Assembly: GCA_965202585.1 (NCBI GenBank)
Contig: OZ241833.1
Span: 10,974,001-11,038,000, forward strand
Direction of reading: 5' to 3'
DNA: 64,000 bases
Origin: Thalia democratica
Taxonomy: Eukaryota
The first letter of the stretch is position 1. Every line of letters begins with the position of its first letter. A program made the position numbers and the translations under genes. Positions 26,991 to 39,298 of this stretch are shown piece by piece. The notes under the pieces were generated by a model, which did no database searches, was not told the origin of the DNA, and saw only the letters and a list, made by a program, of their open reading frames with translations.

Positions 26991-27566
26991 TGAAGTTACT
27001 TCACTAGGATCTTTTGTTAGCAAACAATTAAAACTATATTTTGAACAGTTAAATGTCATCTATCGAGCAACAGTGATAACATCAGAGAACAGTAAGCAAT
27101 GTGTAGGTCTAAATTGTAGGGTCATCAAGTTTATTGGTTAAAACTAGATATCTACAGCATAAATGTTCCTTTAATAGCAGCAAGTACAAACTTAAAACTA
27201 CACTTTTAAAATAAGTTTTGGACTTTTTTAGCAGAAAGGAGGAACCACATTCAATTTTAAAGCCTCATTTCAGTCAAAGAAGAAGTGACTTTTTGAACTG
27301 AGTTAATACACTTTACAGAGTCACACAAATCTGAAGTTGTATACAAACCTGAACTATATAAATGCAATGCTAATACCCACAAAACTTCTAAACTTTTGTG
27401 GTTTGTGGCAGAAGATGATAAGTGCTCTCTTTGTTCTTTATCAGCATACACTGGTGCATTATTGATTGAAGGGGCTTTTTCTCCAAGTATATGTAAAGAC
27501 CAAAATAAAGATGTTGTGGTAGAATATTTTTATGCCACAATAATCAGTGAAGGGTTCAAACACATG
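26991..27566 (+). CDS. Two candidate coding exons (26991-27091, 27319-27566) of an unidentified gene
   Basis: Open frames with AG/GT ends and matching phase: EVTSLGSFVSKQLKLYFEQLNV...LLWFVAEDDKCSLCSLSAYTGALLIEGAFSP. Linkage to other exons is unresolved. Confidence 0.4.
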
Positions 27567-27962
27567 GTAAATTGCCACATGTGAAGATAAAAATTATGAT
27601 GGCAATTATAAAATTGACTACCTCATGAGAGTTGAAGCTTAAATCAATTTGAAGCTCCCTTCCACAAGTGATATTCTGAACTGACACCTAGATTTTATTC
27701 TTTATTGTAAAATTAATGGGGAGTGGAATGTTTCTAATTAAAGACAATCTATTACTTTTTTACTTAGAAATCATACCCAAATAGCATCATTAGTAATAGG
27801 GTTATCTTTTAAAGACAGATAAAGGATGTTTTTTAATGGTTTTTGTGTATAAGGACATTGTGTTTATCTAGTTATTTCGAAGTCTGTTAGCTTTTGTTGT
27901 GTGTCAATTATTTTATAATATACTAAAATATCTACTAAAAGATACAAATATTTAATAAAAAG

Positions 27963-28572
27963 TTTAAACATAACTCACTCATTTTCGAAAAAAAATTATT
28001 GATTAATTTCGTTTAGCTCTCTTCGGAATAAAATTGCTAAAAACTATGAATATTATAGAGTAATTTTAGTTATAAATAATGAATTTGAAAAGTCTAACAA
28101 AAAATAGTTACGTCAAAATAAATTTGCTAAAACAAAAACTTTTAAAATAGTAGAAATTTTTACCTGAAACTAAATTAAATAAAAAGCACATTAAAAAATA
28201 TTTTTACAATTTAAAACTTTACAAATAGGGTCTTTAGTAGTATTATTTGTCGTTATTTATTTTTTAATGTGCTTTTTATTTAATTTAGTTTCAGGTAAAA
28301 ATTTCTACTATTTTAAATGTTTTTGTTTTAGCAATTTTGTCTTATAAATTACTTCAAGTTAGTTCAGTACAACTCTATTCTATTTTTCAAACTTTTTCTA
28401 AACAGACTTTTATACTTTCTGACGTAACTATTTTTTGTTAGACTTTTCAAATTCATTATATATAACTAAAATTACTCTATAATATTCATAGTTTTTAGCA
28501 ATTTTATTCCGAAGAGAGCTAAACGAAATTAATCAATAATTTTTTTTCGAAAATGAGTCAGTTATGTTTAAA
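27963..28572. mobile_element. Fold-back/MITE-like element with nested inverted arms
   Basis: Outer arms 27963-28115 / 28420-28572 (153 bp) and inner arms about 28120-28200 / 28258-28337. An extra ~80 bp is present on the right side only. Confidence 0.88.
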
Positions 28573-29174
28573 ATTTTTAATTAAAACCAGTACCAAAACC
28601 AAACTATTCAAATATTTAATAGTTGTAAACATATGGCTTACTACTACACTTAAGTTAATTAAAATGCAAGGTTGCCACACACTCATGATAAATCAGGAAT
28701 TTTGGAACTTTTTGAAATTTTCAGAAAGGCTCAGGATAACTCAAAATATTTAGAATTTAAGTTTTAAACTCAGGCTGATTCAGGTTAGTATTGTATTTTA
28801 TGGAAAGCTCAGGAAAGTTTAAGTTTTATAAATAATTTAGGGACATACCTTTTCTGACTTTGTATGAGATTTATTTGATTTGGTTTAAATATTTTTATTA
28901 AACAACTTGATTTTTATTAGTTTTGGAAAGTTAAAATAAAAATTTCTTACGGACTTGAAAAACTCAGGATGACTCAGGACAGTTCAAGGTCATTCAGGAC
29001 AGTTTTTTACTCAAAGAGTGGTGAACCTAAAAATGGTAAGTTTATAATTTGAATCACTGAATTAATTTGGTACATTTCTTACAATTATATAGTACTTTTT
29101 AATTTTCTACTAGTTTTTTAAACAACCGTTTCAGTAATGACTGTTTGTAAATTTTGTTGTTATCAATATATAAA

Positions 29175-32100
29175 ATGCTTTTGAAACCTGAAGACAAGAA
29201 CTCTTTGCCTCCTACTACATACTCTGAATACCGTAATTTACCTGCTGGAAGTACTAAGTTTGTTTCCAAAATTTATAGTTTATAATTTTCAAAACACAAA
29301 CATACAGTAATAAAAAAAAAGAATATTTAATTATTTGCTGTAAATAATTCAAATTTAAAAACATGTGTATAATTTTTAACTTTTAGGTTAAAATAATTAC
29401 TACTTGCAGACATCCTTATAATGTAGTGCTGTTAGTCATTGACTAACAACGCTACATCTTAAGGATGTCTTCAAGTGCAATCTAATTGCCTATAACTTCT
29501 TACTTGAATTGTATACCCTTAACTTGTTTTTTGATTTTTAATTCCCTTATGACTTCATGGATAATTAATAATTTCTATTGCCTGTGATTCTAATCATTAA
29601 ATTTTTGCAATCTAGAAATCATTTAATATTACACCCATAATAAGAATTATCCTTATGCAAAAGTGATACTTGACTTATTCGTGCAAACAGAAAAAATGTT
29701 TATATGCACATATTAAAATATAAGGCAATACATTTAAAGCTTTAAAGTAAAAATTCAACAATATAGATATAATTTTACTAAAAGAGACAAACAAAATATT
29801 TTAAACTAAAACCTAAGAGTTAAACATAAATGTTCTAAAAATTCTATGTCTGATAAACAAATTTTGTGCGTTAAACATTTGTTTCAAACTTTTCAGTGCA
29901 ACCGTTCCAAACCAATCTGTCCCACAAAATAGTTTTAACTTGATAACTCTTGATAAAAATACTTTTTTATTAAAGTAAAGTTGTTGAAAATGTTGCCCAA
30001 CCCTAGATTAAGATATTCACACTAAAGTGATTCTTTATGAATTTTGTCATATTCCTTAGTAAAATAATTACAAACTAAGATTAGTTCTTTTGAGGTTCCA
30101 GTTTTTAGAAGCCATTAGAAGGTTGCATAAGTTATCAAAGCATAGTTCATACGGAGTGCAAGTAAAAGTTGATCATGTGTATGTAGGTTAGTTTGGTTTT
30201 CTAAACTGTATAGTGTTCAGTTTATAAGCTTTAATTTCAGATTACATTTGCAGAGGACGTTATCTTTGTGTTTTTGGAAGTTGGAAGTCAAATTGAGTTT
30301 GCGCACAAGCTGTTAAAAAGTAACAAAACTGTGAGTAGTAAGTAACTTACGTTTAAATTAATAGACAAACAATTTTTAAAAGTCAGTGTTTCTGACTTAG
30401 TGTTTTTAATTAGTTTTTTTTCAAACATGTTAATAATTTTCTTTAAACAGTTAGGAAGTACTAAAGTTTTAATATAAACAAATAGTGTTGAACTTAATAA
30501 ATAAAAAGCAATTATTAACATACTTTTGGTTATAATTTAATTTTTAACATAAGTTTTTAAATAAGTTTATCTACAGTAAGAGTAGTAAAATCTGAAAAAA
30601 AAAGTTTATGATACAGTATTATAAATTCATGTGAGTTGTATTGCTCATAAACAATATTCTGATCTCATTATAAAAACTAGATAAAACTAGTTTGAATCAT
30701 TGAGAAAAAAGAGTTTAAAAAAATATCGAATTTTACTCATAAAAGTAGTACTTTCTAAGTGTTATTTTACTTGCTTGTTACTAATTACATGAGCATTATA
30801 AGTTACCTTTTTTGATTTGGACAAAGTTCAATTTGCTCATATTTTTTATCAAAAAATAAAATGATAAAAGTTGTTTCTTAATGTTTGATACAATATAAAA
30901 ATAATTAAATAAGACACTGATACAATTTTTAAGTTAGAATTTGTAATAAATTGTGGAGATTAATGACATCATAGATCTTCTTTAATTTTCAGAGGTTAGA
31001 AATGGGTGATTTGATGCTAAACACGCCAATGGAATCTTCGTTTTTTCAACATTTGATTCCAAAAAATGAATGGACTGAGTGTCTTAATATTACTGGTAAA
31101 AATAGTATTTGCTTTGAAGAACAAACAATACTATCTAGTTAATAACACTTGTAATTTATAGTAGAAAACAAAGTTTATATCAAAAAAATGAATTATTTTT
31201 ATATAGTTAAGAGATTTAGATGTTAGTATGTAAAGATAACAACAATGTTGTCAAAAATTATTTTTTAGTTAAAATTTGAGAAAATAAGATACATATTTAG
31301 TTACTACTATTTTTACTGTACTTAAAATTTTATGCATATTGGTGAACAATGGTAAAATTAAAATGTGTAAAGTTTTGGTCTTTTTTTTCGTAGAGTTTTA
31401 TCATAGCTATCAGATTTGTTTTAACCCTTTACAAATTTTAAAGTAACAACAAAAAAGACATTAATGTTAATAAAAATACACTTTCTCCTTCATTTTTCAA
31501 GTACAGTGCTTATTCACTTAAACAGACACGTTGGGCAAGATTTTTCTGTAAACATGTCTGGATAAACAAAATTCCGGATAGGTACAAAAAATCAATTTTT
31601 TAATATAATAATAAGAAGAACAATGCTTGCTAAAAATGATCTAGAATGTTCATCGTAAATTAAACGGTGTTATTCAGAGGCATTTTCTAAGAGTATTTGA
31701 CCAGTTATTGGACTACCCTTCTCACGCTCCTGACAAAATCAGATATAAAGGGCGCTGTCAAACTTTTCTAACCAGCCTCCCTCTACTTTTTTGTTTGTTT
31801 TTGTGGCTTTATTTATCCTCCTTTTCTGCTTTAAACTTGTAAAACTTTTATTCATTTTTTAAAATGTTGTACAAATTTGACTTGCCTATACTGAACTGCT
31901 TGATTATAAAAGACTTGGCACATTGTTTTTTACCATTTTACAAACTTCTAGTTTGTTTTTAATGGTTAGTTTTAAGAACTCTTGTCCATTTCTAAAATCT
32001 GGTATGTTAAGTGTGTCAAACTTATATAACTTAAAAAAAAAATATAGTCATGCATTATTTTAAACAAAAGTGTTTGAATTAACAACTTTTGTAATGTTGT

Positions 32101-35100
32101 TTGAATTACAAATCTAACATAAAATAACTGATATACACTCATTTTCTAAAAAATCAGAATTTAATTACCTTTTAAAAAAAACTTTGAAAGTTAAAATAAA
32201 AAACTAAAAGTTATGTTTTAAATAACATTACTGAAAAAATTTCCAAACTGACTTACTTTACATGCAAAGGTTTTGATCACTAAACTAGTTTAGATCAAAG
32301 ATAAAATCTTTAGTAGTATTATTACCTGATGATAAACAAAATTTTAGGATTTATAAAATCACTTGAAATTTTCTTACAGAATGAAAGCTTAAATATTTGT
32401 ATCATACAAAAATGTTGTTGTTTAATACAATTTTTTTGAATTTTTATCTGACTAAAACTGTCCAGATAAGTGAGCGTCCGGATAAGTGAATAAGCACTGT
32501 ATTTAAAAAAATGACAGAAAGTTCATAACCAAGTGAAATTTTGTTTTTGTTGAAAATAGGCATTGTTTTTGTAAATATAAAGAACTTTTATTTTTCAACT
32601 ATTAAAAAAAAAAAAATAACACTAAAAATTCAGCAAAATTTTTTGAGAATATTTTACGTCTCTTGTTAAAAATTAAAAAGAACAATATACTTCAGTGAAT
32701 TTTAAAGTTTCTGAGAAAATTGATAATAGCAAAAATAGTTATCTTAATGCCTGTTTTGAAAACTTTTTATAAAAATGACTATATCTCAAAAGTTGATTAA
32801 TTTGTTTTAGATAACTTAAAAACTGACTTATAGTTTATACTTTAAGTTTTCATATCCTGGACATTAATTTAAAAGGTATCCGTGGTGTGCCACTCGATAA
32901 CCGAAAGGTTCTTCGTGCACCAGGTCCTAGGATCAAATAGTTTGAGCATTTTTTGTCGTTCAATAAACTAGTTCATATGACATTTAATGTTAATTTTTAA
33001 TAAACAAAATACTTCCATTAAATCAAAAGGTAAAAATATTTAGAATCTCCTATTCTATAATTTTTCTATGTTAATTTGTTAAAGAACTAATCTAACTTCT
33101 CTTATATTAAAAAAACTATAAAAGAGTTTTTAAGGATATATTAGTATCCATCTTACTTCAACAAAATACTTTATAGACATTTTTAGTTTATACTTTTACA
33201 GCTAGACAAATTTTAAAGTAGTTTTCATGGTAAAATTAATCAAATGTTAAGAGTTTAATAGGTTCCGTGTGTGAGTAAAATAAATATTTTTACAGTTTAT
33301 TTAAAAACAAATTTTAATTTATTCGAATTTATTAACTTTCTTTTTGTTTTGAAAAAAAATTGCATTTTATTTTTGATCACAATTTTTGAACAATCTAACA
33401 TATTTGTCTAATTTTTAAAAATATAACTAAAGTATTACCTTAAAATTTTATATATTTATAAAATTCTCTTAAATTTTTGACTAAAATGATAAAAAATTTA
33501 CAGTTTAAATTTTTTACAGAAAACTCCTTCACTTTAACCGCCCTTATTTTTTGACAGCTAAGTTATAGAATAAATGTTTTAAATTATTCAGGTTTTGTTT
33601 TATTACTTTATTTTAAAAGACCCGACTTAATCAATTTTTTTTGTCTATTAGAAAAACGGAGAGCTTCTTTCCTTTTAGATGAATATTTAGGACTGAGAAA
33701 TATTAATTTGGAAAAGTTTGTTGAATTTTTTATAACCTTTTTACAACTGACTGATTAAGCACAAAATTGTTTTTGTGTATTTTGATTTTTGACAGGGTTG
33801 CCAAAAACCTAGATTTTGAAAATTTAGGTAAAATAAAACCTGTAATTTGATAAATAAATAAAAATACAGGAATTTTGAACAAAAATCACTAAAAAATGTG
33901 GAATTATAAACTATTTTTACATGTCAAATAACGAAATTTCGATTAAATATAAAAATTGTTTTATAAGGATAACATCTTTTTGTATCATTTTAATTTTTTT
34001 TATAAAAACAACTTTAAAGTAGCTTTACAGTATCATTCAATATTGTTATACTATTTAAGACATTTTTTTTTACTTAAGTTTAGTCTTAAACTAAAAATGG
34101 ACCGAAAAACTTTTTTTTTTTAAACCTTGAAGAAATTTGAGAAAAACCTTTGGCAACCCTATAATAAATTGAAACATATGTTGTTTAAAAATTAATTTAA
34201 AAATATTGTTAGTAATTTCTATGGTACTAAACTATTTATAAAAGTCAAACACTTCATTTCTAATACTTATTAATAAACAATGAACTTCACCGCACGATCA
34301 ACAACAACAGCATCCGAGACAATCCTACGACCGGTTTCGTCCTTATTAGGACTCATCAGGCAGGAATGGTCGCGAGAAACCGCTGTTGTGATCTAACCAA
34401 GCGGACTTAAAAAGCGTACTTAAGCCCGCTTGGTTAGATCACAACAGCGGTTTCTCGCGACCATTCCTGCCTGATGAGTCCTAATAAGGACGAAACCGGT
34501 CGTAGGATTGTCTCGGATGCTGTTGTTGTTGATCGTGCGGTGAAGTTCATTGTATATTATCGATGGCATAAAACATCTCAACTTTGTTGATGATGGCTGA
34601 AATAAATACTGGCTAATACTTATTAAGTCATTGACACTTACAACCTAGTTATTATTGTCTTTTTTTTAAATGGCTGTTGATATTATATTATTTTTATTTA
34701 AATAGCTATCGACTTTTAGCTATCATTTATTTTAATTTTAAATTAATTCAAACAAACTTCAAACAGAAAAGTAGTCAACTTTAAAAAGTAATATTAAAAA
34801 CAACTAGTTAACACTTAAAAGTTATATTGAATAAAACTTTAAGCACAAAAAGTGTTTTAAAACTATTTATATTAAAAAACAAATTTTAATTGTTTTTTAT
34901 ACTCACTTTCAGTAAATAATAAATAGGGTTTCCTGTTTTTTTTTTCAAATGGCTCCCCTTAAAGAAATTAAAAAAGCTATGGCCCCCTTCAACAGCATTA
35001 ATCAAAAAACTACCATTAAAAGCATCTAAGACCTTTTTTGTTCTTCATTAGCAACTCCAGAATATCTATTGTAAGTTTCAAAACTACCATTAAAAACACC

Positions 35101-38100
35101 TAAGACCTTTTCTTGCTCTTTATTAACAACTCCAAAATATCTAGTGTAAGTTTCAAACCTACCATTAAAAACACTTAAGACCTTTTTTTGCTCTTTATTA
35201 AAAACTCCAGAATGTCTAGTGTAAGTTTCAAATTATGACCTCATGGCCCCCTTGTGGCTCCTTAACTGCACTTGGCATACTTTAGGAGTATCTGTCATTT
35301 GGCCTACTTTGGGAAACCCTGGTTTAGATGTTTGAAAGTTTTATATTTAAATATTTTTTTATTTAATTTACGATAAACATAGTTTGAAACTTATCAGAAT
35401 AATTTAAGTATTTCCAATAAGATTGAACGTAAAAGCTTATTTTTTAAGGTATAGAAAAGAGTTAGTTGAATGTATATAAAATATATATATATATACCAGA
35501 CAAAACTTTTATCTACTAATAAAGTCAAATGGTTCTTAGATTGTATGCAACCCTAGAAATATATTTATATTAAGTAAAATCAAATATTATATTAGCAAAA
35601 AACTATAATCTTTGATGCTGTAATCTGTGTTATAAAGTTTTTTTTTTATAGGAAAATAAGTTATATATACAAAAAATAGTAATTGTGTTAAAGTTTTAGA
35701 ATTTGAAACAACTGATTTTTAGTTGGAGCTATATCAAACCAATAAGTTGTCTCGTTTATAACCGTTTAAATACGAGCATTTTTACTTTGTGATTTTGTTT
35801 TTTGATATTTAAACTGTCATTAAAAAAACAAAGATTTATAAACTTAAAAAAAAGCATGTTTTAGTATTTTTTGTATTTACATGTTTAAGGCAAATTTAGT
35901 ATGTCAAAGTTATAACTTTCATTAAACTTATAAATATCTTAACAAAAAGTTGTGTCTTAGATAAAAAGGTTTTCAGAATTCTTTTATCATTTTGAAATTT
36001 ATTGTAATGAATTTTATTTAATTGTACCACGTTGTTTATATACGGTGTTTTTAGTAACTTTTTCTTATAAAAAAGTTATACTTTTACAAGTAAAATGTTT
36101 AGTGAACCATCGAAAACTTTTAAAAAGTTTGCTTCTTTGGTAATTGCACTAAAGGAAATGGCAAACAGCTTAGTACTGAAGGCAAACGAGTATAACAATC
36201 AAGGTGTTTTACAAAATCGAGATTTGTTCAATACTAGCTGCAATGATTTATTAGAGCTAAAAAGTTTGTTATGTTTTTTTGCTAAATTTATTTATATTAA
36301 TTATATTTTTAAATAGTTAACGCTGCAAACGATGTACTTTTTTTTGAATTTTTTTTAATAACAATTTTTTAATGCTAATAAAATAGTTCATTTATATTCG
36401 AACAAAAGTATCTATAAAACAATTTTTTTATTGATATATAATTTTGTTTATTTATATTTATTATTTAAAGAACAACTATTTTCAATTTGCTTACAACTGT
36501 TTCAACGCTTAAAGCGTCTCTTTGTCTTTAAAGCTAAACAAAGGTTTATCGGCAAAAAAATTAAAAAATTGTCTTTTTTTGCACTGAGAAGATGCTGTGA
36601 GCGTTGAAACAGTTGTAAGTAAATTTAAAAGAGTTGTTTTTTAACAAATGTTCATCTTTGCAGTTTGCATACAGAAACTTGACATTTGTCAATTTAAAAT
36701 AAATTGTTATATTTTAATTTACAAATTCTATTATTGTTAGCTTATTTTTTTAATGAAAATTAGTAGTTATCTGTTATTACAATATAATATAATTTATGAT
36801 GGTTCTATAAACATTCATTTGTAAAAATTATAACTTTTTTATCAGATCCATTTACTAAAAAATAGAAACATATTTTCAGATGCAACTATAGCAGCTGTAA
36901 TTGATCTGTTAAAAAAGTTTCATTCCAACAAAAGTAAACCATTGCAAGTAAGATTTTTGTAAAAGTTAATTTTTGTACTACTTATTTATTACAAAAAAAA
37001 CCTCTTCTGATATATCAGAAATTCCTTAAAAAGTATAAAGATTTCACGAAAAGTTTAGTCTAATAGATAAAATGATATTTCTTTTATAAAATTGTAGTAT
37101 TGCATTTAAAAATTATTTCTATTTCGTTGAATTTGAAAATTAAATTAGAAATATTTATTTTGTATTAAATAAATCAACGATTTTTAAAACTTATATTTTA
37201 AAAATGTTTGATATGTTATTTATAGTTGGTTTAATTTGACATCGTAACAAACTTATATTTTAAGTACTATAAATAAACCTTCAAATCAAGTCTGTAAAAA
37301 CATAACTTCATTATTTAATTAAATAAAACTTTGACTATGAAGGTTTGGGTTTTAGAATGGAAAGTAAGGCTAATTTGTCTTGAATTTTGCTAATTGACAA
37401 GTAATTTTTTTGCACCTTATCAAGAGTGCGCAAGTTACTCATTAGCACCCTAACCTTTGTTTGTCATACACTTTCGTTCCAAAAAATTTAACGTAGAAAG
37501 CTTATTTAGAAAAAAAAAAAAATTATTCCTCTGCGGTATTTTTTCTAAGCCAGTAGTTTATTGCTTCTTATTAGTTCTTACCATAATCAGTAATTACCTC
37601 TCACAACTTTTTAGCTATTATTTAATGCAGCGAAAATTAAGAACTTAACTGATTTCATCCAAAGTATTATGGTAAATAAGCTGAATGCAGTTAAGTTAAG
37701 TGTTTCCATCTGTCCAATTAAGCCTTGTCAAACTGATTTTTATTTAAAATATTTTAAACTTTGAAACGTTTTAGAAAACAGTCCATTTACGCATGAAAGC
37801 TTTTTTGAGAATGCGTGTTTTCCTAATAATCGAATGTGAAAAAAATAGGGTTCAATAAGTCAAGGAAGAGCTGCTTAATTTAAAAAGATTATAGTAATCC
37901 GTTTTTTTTTTTAGAATTTTGTTTATACCGACTATTTATACATGAATTATCTATATATGCATATATTTCTAACTTATCTGTTCTATATAGAACATCCTCG
38001 GAAGGTACGAATCAACGTCAGTCTATCGTGATATCAGGCGAAAAAATTCTTCTGTTTTTCGAGCCTTTCGCAGAGAATGTTAGTTACATTATTACAAAAG

Positions 38101-38340
38101 ACTTTACAATAAAACTTTTAAAAAATTTGATGCGTAAAGTAATTTTTTTTCAGTGAGTTCGAAAGAAAAGAAAGGAGATAAAAGTTATGTTTGTACGTTT
38201 AAGCTATGTTTTTATTTTTTGATAGCAAATATATCAATTTATTTTTTTGAAAACTAAATTTTATTTCAGCGAAGGTTGGCGGTCTAGATTCTAATGTTGT
38301 TTGGAACTACAAAAATGTTGCATCTCACTCAAAGCGATAA
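29175..38340 (+). CDS. Multi-exon gene of unknown function. Exons about 29175-29257, (29410-29430), ~30095-30182, 30241-30330, 30993-31095, 33652-33715, 36091-36263, 36880-36947, 37991-38078, 38270-38340 (stop)
   Basis: Seven consecutive 3' exons have canonical AG/GT ends, open frames and matching phases (0-0-1-2-1-0-1-stop). The 5' exons are less certain. The protein was not recognised. Confidence 0.65.
31504..32499 (-). mobile_element. Internally deleted pogo/Tigger-like DNA transposon
   Basis: TIRs begin cagtgcttattcactta and are flanked by TA TSDs. The decayed minus-strand ORF has an HTH_psq-like region (LTIKNKLEVCKMV..FSIGKSNLYNILKN) and an HTH_Tnp_Tc5-like region (FDSALYI*FCQEREKGSPITGQILLE). 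Confidence 0.9.
33793..34161. mobile_element. MITE of the same family as 1065-1477
   Basis: TIRs cagggttgcca / tggcaaccct and the shared interior agctttacagtat...ttatactatttaagaca. Confidence 0.75.
34323..34365 (-). ncRNA. Minimal type I hammerhead ribozyme, intact (left arm)
   Basis: Exact reverse complement of 34465-34507. Confidence 0.9.
34465..34507 (+). ncRNA. Minimal type I hammerhead ribozyme, intact (right arm); predicted cleavage after C34501
   Basis: UCCUGC-CUGAUGA-GUCC(uaauaa)GGAC-GAAA-CCGG-UC-GUAGGA. Palindromic stem III ACCGGU and GUC triplet, typical of PLE-associated minimal HHRs. Confidence 0.9.
34924..35321. mobile_element. MITE containing three tandem ~75-bp units (35007-35230)
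   Basis: TIRs agggtttcc / ggaaaccct. The unit is aaactaccattaaaa...tgtaagtttca. An inverted single-unit relative lies at about 39910-40112. Confidence 0.75.
36465..36644. repeat. Small inverted repeat (~45-bp arms, 90-bp spacer) with outward-facing HHR-like relics
   Basis: 36465-36509 pairs with 36600-36644. Each arm carries GCGTT-GAAACAGTTGTA. Confidence 0.7.
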
Positions 38341-38887
38341 TTTTAAATGGAAACTATTTACTAAATATTTTAAAATTAAAACTTTATGTTAAAGTTTACT
38401 TTAAACGTGTTTATGGTTCAAAGCATATAAAGAGTTATGTTTTTCAAATATTATAGGAATACAAAATATCAACTTTAGTTTTAAAAACAGTTAATAACTT
38501 TTTCCTAACTAATAAGTAAAATTTAAAAATATTACATTTAGTGCACATTATGCAGCAGGCTAAATATTTTTTTGGTAAAAAGTTGAATAACATCAGGCTA
38601 AATCAGTTTTTTTGTTTAAAAATTTGAGAATCTCAGTTTTTCTCAGTTCAAATGCTTGAAAATTCTTGATTAAAAAAAAATGAGAAATTTTTTTAAAGAT
38701 CAAATTGAGATGTGAATTTATTTCTAAATATAAATTTAGGTATTAAAAACAAAAACAGTCAGTATTTGTTAAAACAAATGCTTGAAACTTTTTAAGTTTC
38801 TAATAGAAATTTAAGTATCTTTTTTATCTTGTTTTGAGTAGATTATATACGTCATAATTATGAAAATTAATTAAGAATTATACAGTT

Positions 38888-39298
38888 GGGGTGCACGACG
38901 ATTCAAATTCGGACAACTCAAATTCCGACTATTTAAATTCTGATTTTTAAAGCATAACTCAATTATTTATTATACTTTATTTTTTTAGAATTTTTTTCAC
39001 TGTCATGATTATAATAACTAGAAGTATGTGTGCATTTTTAATTTTTTTCAAGTTCAAACTATTTGTCAAGATATAATTTGAAAACTAAAAAAGAAATAAT
39101 ATTTTTAGTATTCTCTCAATATAATTTTTATTATAATAATATTTAATGTTTTTTTCATAAACATATTCTTTTACATCAGATCTAGGTACCTATTTTCATA
39201 ACTTCAGTTTATAATTAGCGATGTAGCTTATTTAGACAAAATTTAAGAACTTGAATCGTAGGAATTTGAATTAGCCTAATTTGAATAGTCATGTAATC
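38888..39298. mobile_element. Non-autonomous element starting gggtgcac with subterminal ~15-bp arrays; related end at 61120-61245
   Basis: Tandem gacaactcaaattc-like units at both loci, and terminal gtgcaccc at 61238-61245. Confidence 0.55.

Larger units (their letters stand above)
34271..34559. mobile_element. 289-bp palindromic element, 140-bp arms (2 mismatches), 9-nt loop, one HHR per strand
   Basis: 34271-34410 is the reverse complement of 34420-34559, checked base by base. Confidence 0.97.

Noticed and set aside
29450-30300. Coding-like minus-strand stretch, first read as a decayed gene
   Set aside because: It has many stops. The plus strand gives clean phase-consistent exons instead.
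32941-32970. Hairpin followed by CTAG suggesting a Helitron 3' end
   Set aside because: CTAG is not present in the other three copies and the hairpin is too far from it.
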